Of a stretch of 64,000 bases of DNA, positions 30,649 to 41,382 are shown in pieces (position 1 is the stretch's first letter; each line of letters begins with the position of its first letter). The DNA lies in assembly GCA_965263295.1 (NCBI GenBank), contig OZ253665.1, forward strand, positions 1,504,001-1,568,000, given 5' to 3'. The position numbers were made by a program, and so were the translations under genes. Below the pieces are notes generated by a model. The model searched no databases and was not told the DNA's origin. It saw only the letters and a list, made by a program, of their open reading frames with translations. The stretch comes from Spirochaetia bacterium. Its GTDB lineage: Bacteria > Spirochaetota > Spirochaetia > SP-2023.

Positions 30649-32190
30649 ATGTCTCAAGTTCGCGTGCGCTATGCCCCTTCGCCCACCGGCTTACAGCATA
30701 TCGGTGGAGTGCGCACTGCTTTGTTTAACTATCTTTTTGCCCGCAGCAGCGGCGGCCGCTTCGTGCTGCGCATTGAAGATACAGACCGTGCGCGCTCGGA
30801 GCCGCGATATATTCAAGATTTATATGAGTCGCTGGAGTGGTTGGGGATACAGCCCGATGAGGGACCGGCCGAGGCCGGCTTTGCCGGCGGTGATTACGGC
30901 CCTTACGTGCAGTCTGAGCGCGTTGCAATATACCAAAAATACGCCCGGCAACTCTTGGATGAGGGCAAAGCCTATTACTGTTTTTGTAGTCCTGAACGCC
31001 TGGAGCAGTTGCGGCGGGAGCAAGAAAAGAATAAGTCTCGTTTGCAAGGTTACGATCGCCGCTGTCGCGGCCTCAGCCGTCAGGAGGCCGAGCGTCGCCG
31101 CAGGGCCGGCGAGGCTTGCGTCTTGCGTTTTGCCATTCCCTTGGAGGGGACTACGGTATTTCACGATCTGTTGTTGGCGGATATTGAGCGCGCCAATGCG
31201 GATATAAATCCCGATCCGGTCATCCTCAAAACGGACGGTTTCCCGACCTATCACCTGGCCAACGTTATCGATGACCACCTGATGGAGATCAGCCATGTTT
31301 TGCGAGCCCGCGAGTGGCTGTCCTCTGGCCCGCTGCACATTCTACTGTACGAGGCTTTGGGCTGGCGGCCGCCGCAGTTCTGTCACCTGCCGATGGTCAT
31401 GGGGCAAGATGGGGCCAAGCTCTCCAAGCGCCACGGCTCAACTTCGCTGATTGAATTCCGCAAGGCGGGCTATTTGCGCGAGGCCATCTTAAATTATATT
31501 TCCCTGCTTGGCTGGTCTTTCGACGACAGTCGCGAGTTTTTTACTTTGCCCGAACTTGAGCGGTGTTTTGACCTGGCCAAATTGAGCCGTTCGCCCGCCA
31601 CTTTTGATTATCAGAAATTGCAATGGTTTAACGGTCAATACATTCGCCAGATGAGTATCTCACAGCTGAATAAACAGTTGCGAGATACGTGGCGACAATT
31701 CCTGCCCGAAGTCTACGAACCCGAGCCGGCAAATTTTGAGCAAAGTCTGGACTGGATACTCCCGCTCTTGCGGGAGCGGCTGAAGTTCCTCAATGACGCT
31801 CCGGCCATGGCGGCCTATTTTTTTGCCCGTCCTGAGTGCCACGATGTCTCTCTGGCAATACCTAAAAAGCACGATGCCGCCCAGACCTGCAAATTGTTAC
31901 AGTGTGGGCGCCGCACTTTGGAACGGCTTTGTGTCGAAAATGGGGATACATGGCAAGATGCCGAGGGCCTGCTGGCCGTGAAACAGAGCTGGGAAGCCGC
32001 CTTGCGCGCGGCGGCGGCAGATGCCGGCGTAAAACTGGGGCCACTGATGCAAACTCTGCGCTATGCTGTAACTGGCAGCAATGTTTCTCCCCCTTTAATT
32101 GAGTCAATGATTATTTTGTGGCGCCTTGCCGGTGCGGAAGAACTGCTTGCCCGTGTCGATCATCTGGCCAGTGAGTTAGGGAATCTGTGA
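30649..32190 (+). CDS. gltX: Glutamate--tRNA ligase
   Basis: RYAPSPTGLQHIGG, LRIEDTD, YYCFC, KLSKR. Confidence 0.97.
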   Translation: MSQVRVRYAPSPTGLQHIGGVRTALFNYLFARSSGGRFVLRIEDTDRARSEPRYIQDLYESLEWLGIQPDEGPAEAGFAGGDYGPYVQSERVAIYQKYARQLLDEGKAYYCFCSPERLEQLRREQEKNKSRLQGYDRRCRGLSRQEAERRRRAGEACVLRFAIPLEGTTVFHDLLLADIERANADINPDPVILKTDGFPTYHLANVIDDHLMEISHVLRAREWLSSGPLHILLYEALGWRPPQFCHLPMVMGQDGAKLSKRHGSTSLIEFRKAGYLREAILNYISLLGWSFDDSREFFTLPELERCFDLAKLSRSPATFDYQKLQWFNGQYIRQMSISQLNKQLRDTWRQFLPEVYEPEPANFEQSLDWILPLLRERLKFLNDAPAMAAYFFARPECHDVSLAIPKKHDAAQTCKLLQCGRRTLERLCVENGDTWQDAEGLLAVKQSWEAALRAAAADAGVKLGPLMQTLRYAVTGSNVSPPLIESMIILWRLAGAEELLARVDHLASELGNL

Positions 32191-32222
32191 GGAGTCGAAA
32201 GAGATTTTAAGGGGATTTTATT

Positions 32223-33173
32223 GTGTCTGGCAGCTCAGAGATGAGTTTGGCGGCCGTGGCGAAGCGCCTGGAATTTTTGGAAGAAACTTTGATTTATCGC
32301 TTTCTCGACCGAGTCCAGTACGCCTTTCATCCAGGGCTTTACTTGTATCCAGAGGCCGAGCAGGCCGAGCTGCTGCGCAGCAGCCTGCTCGGCCTGCGTC
32401 TGCAGCTTCACGAGGCTATGGACTCCGATTTCGGTCGTTATCGTGTGGCCGAAGAATTTCCATTTAGTCGCTTGCCTGCCGAGACACTTGCGGGCTGTAC
32501 CGCAAAGAACCCAATTGCTGCAAGCAAGCCGCTGACGGTTTCGCCGTGTATTCTGCAAAAACTGTCCAGCCCTGACTTTGAGCTACGGCCCCAGGAACTC
32601 CGCGGATGCGAGGCCGACATCCCCCTTTCGCTGTCTCGCATCCGTGAAATCAGCCAGTGCCGCGGTATCTTGCGGGCTTACCTAGACTTCCTGGCTCAAT
32701 ATTGCCCGGCGAGTAAAGACGGCCATCACGGTTCGGCACTAGAGCACGATGTGATGGTGCTCCAGGCCATTTCCCGGCGCATCCATTATGGGGCGATTTA
32801 TATCGCGGAAATCAAGTATCGCGAACAGCAGGCCAGTTTGTCCCCCCTACTCCATTCCTGGCGGCGCTTGAGTCGCGACCTGGAAACGGAGCCGGATGAC
32901 GATGCCGCTTCTGAAATAACGGACTTGCGGCAGCGGATACTGGCACTCATTACGCGACCTGCGGTTGAACAGCGCATCCTGCGGCGGGTCTACGACAAGG
33001 CGAGGGCGATACAACTGGCGGCTCGCAGTGCGCAGAATATCCCAGAGGCGACGGGAGCGGGTGATTCGCAACGCTATTACTTGCGACCTGAGGCCTTGCG
33101 TGACTTTTACGCCGACTGCGTGATTCCGTTGACGAAGCAAGGCGAGTTGGCTTATCTTTACCGCCGTGTCTGA
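32223..33173 (+). CDS. Chorismate mutase, eukaryotic (Aro7/AroQ-beta) type
   Basis: LEETLIYRFLDRVQY, GSALEHDVMVLQAISRRIHYG, IAEIKY, VEQRILRRV and VIPLTK..ELAYL match Aro7-type motifs. Confidence 0.85.
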   Translation: MSGSSEMSLAAVAKRLEFLEETLIYRFLDRVQYAFHPGLYLYPEAEQAELLRSSLLGLRLQLHEAMDSDFGRYRVAEEFPFSRLPAETLAGCTAKNPIAASKPLTVSPCILQKLSSPDFELRPQELRGCEADIPLSLSRIREISQCRGILRAYLDFLAQYCPASKDGHHGSALEHDVMVLQAISRRIHYGAIYIAEIKYREQQASLSPLLHSWRRLSRDLETEPDDDAASEITDLRQRILALITRPAVEQRILRRVYDKARAIQLAARSAQNIPEATGAGDSQRYYLRPEALRDFYADCVIPLTKQGELAYLYRRV

Positions 33174-34332
33174 AGGTCAGATTCTGGGCATGGCCCATTG
33201 GCATGCCGATCAGCTTTTTGAGCAGCTGTATCGCCCGCTGCTGAGCTGGTTTGACCGCCATAAAATCCAGTATGCCTGGTCAACGGTCGCCACACTAGAT
33301 TTAACGGCTGAAATGGGCCCTACGCATAGCCAAGCGTTTGGCGATAAACGCGGAGATAAACCGGAAGCCTTGTGGCAGGACCGGCCCGACAGTTACGCGG
33401 TCTGGGTTTCGGAAGTGATGTTGCAACAGACGCGGGTGGAGACGGTGCTTTCTTATTATACGGACTGGTTGCAGCGTTGGCCGAGTCTCGTCGAGCTCGC
33501 GGGGGCTAGCGAGGAGCAAGTTTTAAAGCAGTGGGAAGGGCTAGGTTATTACAGCCGAGCCCTGAACATGTTGGCCTGTGCCCGCAAATGTTGTATTGAG
33601 TTGGGGCGCACAACCCTGCCCAATCAGTTTGATGAGCTGCTTTCTTTGCCCGGCATCGGTCCATATATCGCCGCGGCAGTGGCCAGTATCAGCGGCAACG
33701 AGGCCGTGCTTGCTGTCGATACCAACGTCAAACGTATTTTTTCGCGGCTCTACCAGCAGCAGCCGACAGCGGCTGCTGAAAAGAGCTGGCGCAGCCAGCA
33801 TCTGCCGGCACTGCGGCGCTGCGCTTGGCGCGGTGCCGCAAATCTAGCCCTGATCCAGTTGGGACAGCAGCTTTGTCGCAGTGCCGGCAAGTCCCGGACG
33901 CCAATTTGCTGCCGCTGTCCTTTGCAGGGCGTGTGTCCGGCCGCTGCCAGCGGCAACTGGATTAGTTTTCCGGCACCTCGCAGTTATTCGCGCCAGCTGC
34001 GACAGAGCCGGCGGCTATTGCTTTGTGCGAATGGCCACTACCTGTTGCAGCGCAAGCGCAGCGGGCACCTGCGTCACTTGTGGCGGCTGCCACAGCTGGC
34101 CGAACTGGGGATAGCCGAGCTCAGTTGTGAATACCTTGGCAGTTTTACACATGCCTATTTACAGACGCAAGAGAAGGTACAAGTTTTTGCCTGTGAGTCG
34201 AACCGGCCTTGCAGTGACTGGCCGTTACAAGATCTGCAGCAGGAGTTTGCATGGCTGTGGACCGAGAACCTTGAAGAGCTAACTCTCGCCGGCCCCTACC
34301 GTAGCTTCCTGGATAGCTACCTGCGGAATTGA
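33166..34332 (+). CDS. mutY: A/G-specific adenine glycosylase
   Basis: WVSEVMLQQT, WEGLGYYSRA, HhH LPGIGPY, VDTNV, Cys cluster. Confidence 0.92.
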   Translation: MSEGQILGMAHWHADQLFEQLYRPLLSWFDRHKIQYAWSTVATLDLTAEMGPTHSQAFGDKRGDKPEALWQDRPDSYAVWVSEVMLQQTRVETVLSYYTDWLQRWPSLVELAGASEEQVLKQWEGLGYYSRALNMLACARKCCIELGRTTLPNQFDELLSLPGIGPYIAAAVASISGNEAVLAVDTNVKRIFSRLYQQQPTAAAEKSWRSQHLPALRRCAWRGAANLALIQLGQQLCRSAGKSRTPICCRCPLQGVCPAAASGNWISFPAPRSYSRQLRQSRRLLLCANGHYLLQRKRSGHLRHLWRLPQLAELGIAELSCEYLGSFTHAYLQTQEKVQVFACESNRPCSDWPLQDLQQEFAWLWTENLEELTLAGPYRSFLDSYLRN

Positions 34333-34340
34333 TTCTGCGG

Positions 34341-35837
34341 CTAGCTATCAGGAACCTGGGCTGAGTCACTTGTTTCACAGTTTGCCTGTAATAGTTGCCC
34401 CCAGAGTGTGCGGCCCTTTAGGGCCTCGGTGCGGACTAGGGCAAAAGTATTAAGCAGATTTTTTGCCGGCAGATTCTGCGGCGCCGGAAAGATCACCATC
34501 TGGTTGTATTCGTTGCGACACAGCAGCTCGTTGGGGTTTTGTTTCGACGGACCTTCAATGAGAACCTCTTCGACTAGTCCCACGCGCTTTTGCAAGTTTT
34601 CTAGCGTGATGCGGTCCTGGAGTTGCTGCAGACGGTAGAGCCTCTGTTTTTGGACTTCTTCGGCGATTAAGTCGTCACGATCAAATGCCGGGGTGCCGGG
34701 TATCGGATTGTAGTAGTAAGTGAAGGCAGAATCGTAGCGCACTTCTTCCACATAGTCGAGCAGGACTTGCAAATCCTCTTCGGTCTCGCTGGCAAAACCC
34801 ACCATCAGGTCCGAAGTCAGGCTGACGGTGGGGACAGCGCGCCGCAGGCGCAACACCAGGCTGCGGTACCACTGCAAGGTGTAGCCGCGGTTCATCTCTT
34901 CTAGGACACGGTCGGAGGCGTGCTGTAATGGCAGGTGCACATGCTTGCAAATGCGTTTGTTTGCGGCGATCAATTCGATAAAGTCGTCGCCAAAATCCGT
35001 TGGGTGAGGGGTGATGAAACGTATCCGCGGGATATCGGTTTCGCGCAGCACTGTGCGCAGCAGCTCGTTGAAGTCGATACCCTGATAGTTGTAAGAGTTC
35101 ACATTCTGCCCGATCAGGGTTATGTCCTGGTAGCCTTTCTGTTGCTGGCTCTGCGCTTCTGCAACGATTTCGCCCAGCGGGCGCGAAACTTCCTTGCCGC
35201 GCACAAAGGGGATGATGCAGTAACTACAAAAGTTGTCACAGCCGTGCATGATGGGAATCATGCCTTGTACCGAGTTGTGCTTGCTGTGGTCCTTAAAAAA
35301 GATATATTCTTCCTTTTTGAGTACCTTAGGTGGCGCGATGGGCGGTGCGATGGGCGATGCGATGGGTGGCGCCATGCTTGGCGCGATACGCATGCCCTCT
35401 GTCTGAGCCCCGGCGCACATTTGGGCAGAATCCTTGCCGCCAAACTGCCTTTCTAAAATGCCGGGGATTTGATCTTTGGCCATGGAACCAATCACATGAT
35501 TCACGGCTGGACAGCGCCTGGGTATTTCCTCTTCGAGGCGTTCGGCCATGCAGCCCATGACGATTAGGCAGAATTCGCGGCGCTGCTTCATGGTGCTGAA
35601 GTGCACCAGGCGACTCCACAGACGGTTTTCGGCGCTGATGCGCACCGAGCAGCTGTTGAGGATGACGGCTTGGGCCGCATCCTCGCTGGGCGCTTGTTGC
35701 CAGCCCATGGAGTCCAGGTCATTTTCGAGGGCGTTGGCCTCGGCCAGGTTCATTTGGCAGCCGTAGTTTTCAACCCAAAAGGTTTTCTCAAGAGTTTGTA
35801 GCATAGTCTTTCCTGTAAGCGAATGGATACTCTTCAA
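34341..35837 (-). CDS. miaB: tRNA ms2i6A37 methylthiotransferase
   Basis: YGCQMN, GCMAER, GCDNFCSYCIIP radical-SAM motif, C-terminal TRAM. Confidence 0.93.
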   Translation of the reverse strand: MKSIHSLTGKTMLQTLEKTFWVENYGCQMNLAEANALENDLDSMGWQQAPSEDAAQAVILNSCSVRISAENRLWSRLVHFSTMKQRREFCLIVMGCMAERLEEEIPRRCPAVNHVIGSMAKDQIPGILERQFGGKDSAQMCAGAQTEGMRIAPSMAPPIASPIAPPIAPPKVLKKEEYIFFKDHSKHNSVQGMIPIMHGCDNFCSYCIIPFVRGKEVSRPLGEIVAEAQSQQQKGYQDITLIGQNVNSYNYQGIDFNELLRTVLRETDIPRIRFITPHPTDFGDDFIELIAANKRICKHVHLPLQHASDRVLEEMNRGYTLQWYRSLVLRLRRAVPTVSLTSDLMVGFASETEEDLQVLLDYVEEVRYDSAFTYYYNPIPGTPAFDRDDLIAEEVQKQRLYRLQQLQDRITLENLQKRVGLVEEVLIEGPSKQNPNELLCRNEYNQMVIFPAPQNLPAKNLLNTFALVRTEALKGRTLWGQLLQANCETSDSAQVPDS

Positions 35838-35847
35838 GTTGTCGCAT

Positions 35848-36966
35848 TTAAGGTAACAGTTGTCGGGCTTCCGTCAGTATTCGCTCCAAGACGACGTGGC
35901 TGTCATCATGGCGCTGGCGGAGCTCCAGTCGGTGGCAGAGCGCGTCCTGCGCCAGTTGCAGTAGGTCTTGGTCAATTATATAGTCGCGCCCTTGGCAAAG
36001 GGCGTAGGCTCGCGCGCAAGCAAGCCACATCAAAATACCGCGTGTCGATACTCCGAGGTGCACGGCCGGAGTATCGCGAGTCATGCGGGCGACTCGCACA
36101 ACCCATTCTTCCAGCTTTGGCGCACAGTATACTTCGGCGGCCAGTTTTTGCAACGGTCGAACTTCACTCAAGCCTAGCACCGGGCTGAAATTGGGCAATT
36201 CGCGGTGGCTTGGATCACTGCGCAAAATGGCCAGTTCGTGCGCAAAGTCGGGATAACCGAGGCTTAATTGCAGGCTAAAGCGGTCCATCTGGGCTTTGGG
36301 GAGCACATAGGTTCCCGCCATTTCAATCGGGTTCTGTGTCGCAATGACCCAGAAAGGCCCGGTCAGCAAATGCGTCTGGCTGCCGACTGTGATTTGCTGT
36401 TCGGCCATGGCCTCCAGTAGGGCGGACTGGACTTTGGGCGTCGCCCGGTTGATTTCGTCGGCCAACAGCAGGTTGCAAAATACCGGCCCTGGGTGAAATT
36501 CAAAACTGTGGGTGTCCGGGCGCCACACTTCAACTCCGGTAACGTCGTAGGGCAGGAGGTCCGGCGTGAATTGAATGCGACCGTAGTGGCAAGGTTCCGT
36601 GCCCTCACCCCCGCTGAAGACCTGTGCCAAGGCCTTTGCCAAAGTGGTTTTACCCACGCCGGGCAGATCTTCAAGCAATACATGGCCCCCGGCGAGCATC
36701 GCGGCCACAACTTTTTGCAAGACTTCGCGCTTGCCACGGATTATTTGTTCCAAGTGATCCAGGAGGGACTGGATTTGCGTGCCAGCCTCCCGGTACTGCT
36801 GTTGCCGGGCTCTGTGGCTCTCGTCCACATCTGTGGTCTGATCGAAGGTGTTTGGGAGCGAAATGTCTGGATCATGATCTCGGTCGGCTTGAGCCGATGA
36901 AAATTCAGTGGTGCCCGTACTCGCGTTCGTTGTATTCATCACAATGCTTTTGTCCTTCTGTGGCAA
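35848..36966 (-). CDS. MoxR family AAA+ ATPase
   Basis: HVLLEDLPGVGKT, RIQFTPDLLP, LLADEINRATPKVQSALLEAM. Confidence 0.95.
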   Translation of the reverse strand: MPQKDKSIVMNTTNASTGTTEFSSAQADRDHDPDISLPNTFDQTTDVDESHRARQQQYREAGTQIQSLLDHLEQIIRGKREVLQKVVAAMLAGGHVLLEDLPGVGKTTLAKALAQVFSGGEGTEPCHYGRIQFTPDLLPYDVTGVEVWRPDTHSFEFHPGPVFCNLLLADEINRATPKVQSALLEAMAEQQITVGSQTHLLTGPFWVIATQNPIEMAGTYVLPKAQMDRFSLQLSLGYPDFAHELAILRSDPSHRELPNFSPVLGLSEVRPLQKLAAEVYCAPKLEEWVVRVARMTRDTPAVHLGVSTRGILMWLACARAYALCQGRDYIIDQDLLQLAQDALCHRLELRQRHDDSHVVLERILTEARQLLP

Positions 36967-37274
36967 AATGCCACGATTGTAATCGAAATACCTATATTCG
37001 TCTCGCGCCAGTCAGGGGATTTTTGGCCAGTAGAGATTTTTCTTCGGGAGATTTTTCTTTCGCGGGTGGTATGGCCCCTGACTTGCAGAGTCAAATTGCT
37101 GAGAGGCTCCCGAAGTCAAAATTTAAAGCCATGATTTTTAGGTTCCAGTCACAAACGATCGTCGGCGCCGGGGCTAGCGCCCGGCGCCGATGGTATTGAG
37201 GACTTTTCTTCAGGCAACTCTAGGCATATCTTGTTCTTAATGTTTATACTGCAGTCCAAATTGAGGAGATAAAT

Positions 37275-38300
37275 ATGGACTACCTGGATTTTCGCAGCGA
37301 TACCGTGACCCATCCGACGCCGGCGATGCGCGCCGCCATGGCGGCGGCACCAGTTGGCGACGCCATTTATGGCGATGATCCGACGCTACGACAACTGGAA
37401 CAACTGGCTGCCCAGCTCTTGGACAAAGACGCCGCTTTACTTGTGCCTTCAGGTACTTTTGGCAATCAACTGGCCCTGCAGTTGCACTGCCGGCCGGGTG
37501 AAGAGGTTTTGTTGAGCGAGCAGAGCCACATTGTTCAACATGAAACTGGTGCCGCCGCCGCGCTGGCGGGAGTACAACTGCGCTGCATTGATGCCCCAGC
37601 AGGGCATATGACGGCGCCACAGCTCCAGTCGCGCATTCGGCGCGACGATGACTTCCATCACCCACAAAGCAGCCTGTTGTGCTTGGAAAACGCTTTTTCT
37701 TCCGGTCAGGTCGTCAATCTGGAGCAGATGGCCGAGATGAGCCAGGTATGCCGAGCCGCCGGCTTAAAAGTACATTTGGACGGAGCCCGTCTATTTAATG
37801 CCGCCGCTCATTTGGGTTGTGATCCCGCAGAAATTGCCCGCCATGCTGACACCGTGATGTTCTGTCTCTCCAAAGGGCTGTGCGCGCCTATGGGCTCGCT
37901 GTTGGTCGGCGCTGCCAGCGATATTAAACGGGCGCGCTATTTGTGCAAGCGTATGGGTGGCGGCCTGCGCCAAGCGGGCATTATCGCCGCCGCCGGCATC
38001 CTGGGTTTGCGGGAAATGCGCTTGCGTCTGGCAGAAGACCATCAGCGAGCTCGTTACCTGGCCGACCTGCTAGAACAGGAAATTCCCGGAGCGGTCGTCG
38101 CCCGCGCCCGTCTGGACATCAATATGGTTTTTGCCCGTGTCCCCGGTTTGACCGGTGATGTAATTGAACAATTGGGGCGCGAAAATATTTACCTGGGAAG
38201 CCTTTACTCAGGCGAGCATATCCGTCTGGTGTGTCATTATTGGACACCTCTTGACGCCATTGACCGCTTAGTTGGCCGCTTGCGCAGCCTCCTGGACTGA
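37275..38300 (+). CDS. ltaE: Low-specificity L-threonine aldolase
   Basis: DFRSDTVT, PSGTFGN, HLDGARLFNA, CLSKGLCAP, GGGLRQAG. Confidence 0.95.
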   Translation: MDYLDFRSDTVTHPTPAMRAAMAAAPVGDAIYGDDPTLRQLEQLAAQLLDKDAALLVPSGTFGNQLALQLHCRPGEEVLLSEQSHIVQHETGAAAALAGVQLRCIDAPAGHMTAPQLQSRIRRDDDFHHPQSSLLCLENAFSSGQVVNLEQMAEMSQVCRAAGLKVHLDGARLFNAAAHLGCDPAEIARHADTVMFCLSKGLCAPMGSLLVGAASDIKRARYLCKRMGGGLRQAGIIAAAGILGLREMRLRLAEDHQRARYLADLLEQEIPGAVVARARLDINMVFARVPGLTGDVIEQLGRENIYLGSLYSGEHIRLVCHYWTPLDAIDRLVGRLRSLLD

Positions 38301-38428
38301 AGAGTTGGAACTTTTCTTTCTGTGCGCTACAATACCCGCATTGCCCGTTTTGGGGCCCCCGCAATGCGGCTCCATAATTGCCCGATGAATATGATGAATA
38401 TGATGAAGATGATAAAGGAATTAAGCTC

Positions 38429-39928
38429 ATGTCTCTGCTGCAAGAATGCCTAAAAAAAGGTTCCATAAACAGTGAATGTCTTGGCTATGCAGCCCAGCTA
38501 GACTTGCTGCACAAGGCGGACCCAGGACTGGCGAAGGCTGTCGTGGCTGAGCTGAAAGATCAAAGTGAGTCTTTGAAGATGATTGCCAGTGAAAATTACA
38601 GTTCGCTTTCCACTCAGCTCAGCATGGGCAATCTTCTCACCGACAAGTATGCCGAGGGCGTGGCGGGCAAGCGCTTTTATGCCGGCTGTGACCAGGTTGA
38701 CGCCATTGAGGCCTTGGCCCGGCAAAAGGCCTGTGAACTTTTTGGCGCAGAAAATGCTTACGTCCAGCCGCACAGCGGCGCCGATGCGAATATGATTGCC
38801 TTTTGGGCGATCTTGCACCAGCGCGTTGAGATGCCAGCCTTGGAAGACTTGCACAAGAAATCTCTCTACGATTTAAGCGATGCCGAATGGCGCCACTTGC
38901 GCGGCCGCCTCGGCAACCAGCGGCTTTTGGGCATGGATTATTATTCGGGTGGTCACCTGACGCACGGCTATCGTTATAATGTTTCAGGTCGAATGTTTGA
39001 GTCTCACACATATTCGGTCAACGAAGAAAGCAAGTTAATGGATTATGCGGCCCTGGCCAAGCAGGTCAAAGAGCTGGAGCCCCTGATCCTGCTTGCGGGC
39101 TATAGCGCTTATTCCCGCAAACTGAATTTTTCTCGCCTGCGCGAGATTGCCGATAGCGTGGGAGCCGTGTTGATGGTGGATATGGCGCACTTTGCCGGCC
39201 TGGTGGCGGGTAAGGTCTTCAGCGGGGAGTTCAATCCCGTGCCTTACGCTGACATTGTAACGACCACGACCCACAAAACTTTGCGCGGTCCCCGTGGCGG
39301 TCTGATTTTGTCCAAGAAGGAGTTTGCCGAGGCTCTGGACAAAGGTTGCCCTCTGGTCATTGGCGGACCGCTACCGCATGTGATGGCGGCCAAAGCCGTG
39401 GCGTTTATTGAAGCGATGGAACCGGACTTCCAGACTTATGCCCAAAATGTCGTCCTTAATTGCCAGGCCTTGGCCGCCGGCCTGGAGGCCGCAGGTTTGA
39501 CGGTCTTGACTGGTGGTACCGACAATCACCTGTTGTTGGTGGATGTGACGCAGATCAATGGCCTGAACGGCAAACAGGCCGAGAGCGCCCTTCGCGGCTG
39601 CGGAATGACACTCAACCGCAACGCCCTGCCTTTTGATGCCAACGGACCTTGGTATACGAGCGGTCTGCGCTTTGGCACTGCGGCGTTGACATCGCGCGGT
39701 CTGGGCCAAGATGAGCTGGGTCAAATAGCCGAGCTGATCGCCAAGGTCTTAAAAGCGACCAAGCCGAGCATCCTGAGCAGTGGAAAAAACGCCGGTAAGA
39801 TATCCAGGGTCAAGTCCGAGACGGAGCCTGTGGTGAAACAGGAAGCTCGCGAGGCCGTGCAAGCCCTTCTGGCCAAGTTTCCTCTGTACCCTGAACTGGA
39901 CCGCGAAATTTTGTATAGTATTCTTTAA
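38429..39928 (+). CDS. glyA: Serine hydroxymethyltransferase (long form)
   Basis: MIASEN, KYAEG, GGHLTHG, DMAHFAGLVA, TTTTHKTLRGPRGG. Confidence 0.97.
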   Translation: MSLLQECLKKGSINSECLGYAAQLDLLHKADPGLAKAVVAELKDQSESLKMIASENYSSLSTQLSMGNLLTDKYAEGVAGKRFYAGCDQVDAIEALARQKACELFGAENAYVQPHSGADANMIAFWAILHQRVEMPALEDLHKKSLYDLSDAEWRHLRGRLGNQRLLGMDYYSGGHLTHGYRYNVSGRMFESHTYSVNEESKLMDYAALAKQVKELEPLILLAGYSAYSRKLNFSRLREIADSVGAVLMVDMAHFAGLVAGKVFSGEFNPVPYADIVTTTTHKTLRGPRGGLILSKKEFAEALDKGCPLVIGGPLPHVMAAKAVAFIEAMEPDFQTYAQNVVLNCQALAAGLEAAGLTVLTGGTDNHLLLVDVTQINGLNGKQAESALRGCGMTLNRNALPFDANGPWYTSGLRFGTAALTSRGLGQDELGQIAELIAKVLKATKPSILSSGKNAGKISRVKSETEPVVKQEAREAVQALLAKFPLYPELDREILYSIL

Positions 39929-40016
39929 AGATTTTGCAGCAGTGTCTCAAGCACACCATGCAGTCCGGGTAGCGGGCCTGTTTGGGGCTGACTGCTGGGG
40001 AGCTAGTTAGTATTTT

Positions 40017-41375
40017 ATGGATCATCCCTCCTTCGCTTCGCTTCGTTCAGTGAATACTTTGGGAAGTTTACTGTTATTTCTGGGTATTGTACTGTTTAAT
40101 CATTCGATGACGGCCTGGCAGTTGAATCTGCAGTTCATCAACACCGCGGGGTCGCTGTATCAGCAGCCAGAGGGCGAGGCTGCGCCACAGGCCGGAGAAG
40201 CGAGGCGCGAAGCCCTAAGCTTGCAGCAGAAACGGCAGCTGCAGCAGGAGCAAAGGTTTGATCTGCTGCGCCAGGCTTTGTATATCGTGAGCTCGCTGTT
40301 TGTAATGTTTTTGGGACTTCAGATGCTGTTTAAGCGGCGCTGGGCATGCCATTTCTTTTTTAGCATCCGTCAGCTGTCTCAGCTGGCTTTACTATTGATC
40401 CCTTTGAGCACCTTAGTGCTTTTGCTGAATCAACCGCTGATTGAGGCCCTGGTGGGGGTTTATAAACCTTTGTATACAGAAGTCATGCAACAAAGATATA
40501 ACTTGCGGTCCTATGCCAATGCATCCGAAGCCGGCGTTGACTTAGTTTTGACGGATGAACTAATGCGTATGCTGATCCGCGTAACCTTCTGGATTATTGC
40601 TTTATTGTTTATGGGGATTGCCAGTTTGGCCCTGCGTTTGAGTCGCCGCTGCCTCCGGCGCGAAGTGCAAGAGGCCTTGCTGAAGCGCGCACCCAAACCC
40701 AGTCGCTTGAGCTATTTTATCCTCTGTTTGCCCTCTGAATTATTACTGTTATTGCTTCTGGGCATTTATGGCTGTGCTAGTCAATTGTTGGAAATACTAC
40801 TGGCATTACAAAAAAAGCCACTGTCTTTGCCGGCTCTGTTTTTAGCTCTATTGGTGTTTGCCGGCTTTGCGCTTTCCCTGTTGCAGTTGACTAATCATAA
40901 GATGCAATTGGCCAGTAAGCCAGAACAGTGGCACGAAAAATATCGTCTGCTGCGCAAGGCGCTGCACTTTTCTAGCCTGGCCTATTTGTTGCAATCATTG
41001 CAAAGTATACTACAGCCACTGTGGTCGAAGCGGCAAGCTGATTTCCTGAGTCCCTCCGCAGCTGCGGGAGATTACTTGCAGGTCATGAAGAATGCTTTGC
41101 ATCAAATGGATGTCCTGGCCAACCTGGCCGTACTGTTGTTGTTGTTCTTGTTTTACTACTTGCTGCGCCGCTCCGAGCCTCATCGGGCCGATGATCTTGG
41201 GGAATCAGTCAGAGTCCTTGCAAATGGGAACGAGACATCCGAGCCGGCTGCGATGGAAGATTCTCAACCTGAAGAGGAGCCGCCAGGGAATGTAGAGAAT
41301 GCATCGGATGGTCAAAAAGAAGCGGCTTCCCCTCCCTTATCGGACCAGGATTCTAAATCAAAGCGGGAACTCTAG
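40017..41375 (+). CDS. Hypothetical multi-pass membrane protein
   Basis: Several Leu-rich TM segments and an acidic tail. Confidence 0.65.
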   Translation: MDHPSFASLRSVNTLGSLLLFLGIVLFNHSMTAWQLNLQFINTAGSLYQQPEGEAAPQAGEARREALSLQQKRQLQQEQRFDLLRQALYIVSSLFVMFLGLQMLFKRRWACHFFFSIRQLSQLALLLIPLSTLVLLLNQPLIEALVGVYKPLYTEVMQQRYNLRSYANASEAGVDLVLTDELMRMLIRVTFWIIALLFMGIASLALRLSRRCLRREVQEALLKRAPKPSRLSYFILCLPSELLLLLLLGIYGCASQLLEILLALQKKPLSLPALFLALLVFAGFALSLLQLTNHKMQLASKPEQWHEKYRLLRKALHFSSLAYLLQSLQSILQPLWSKRQADFLSPSAAAGDYLQVMKNALHQMDVLANLAVLLLLFLFYYLLRRSEPHRADDLGESVRVLANGNETSEPAAMEDSQPEEEPPGNVENASDGQKEAASPPLSDQDSKSKREL

Positions 41376-41382
41376 CATTGTA

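Noticed and set aside
36970..38428. Glycine or ZTP riboswitch before ltaE or glyA
   Set aside because: Conserved core motifs not found by eye.
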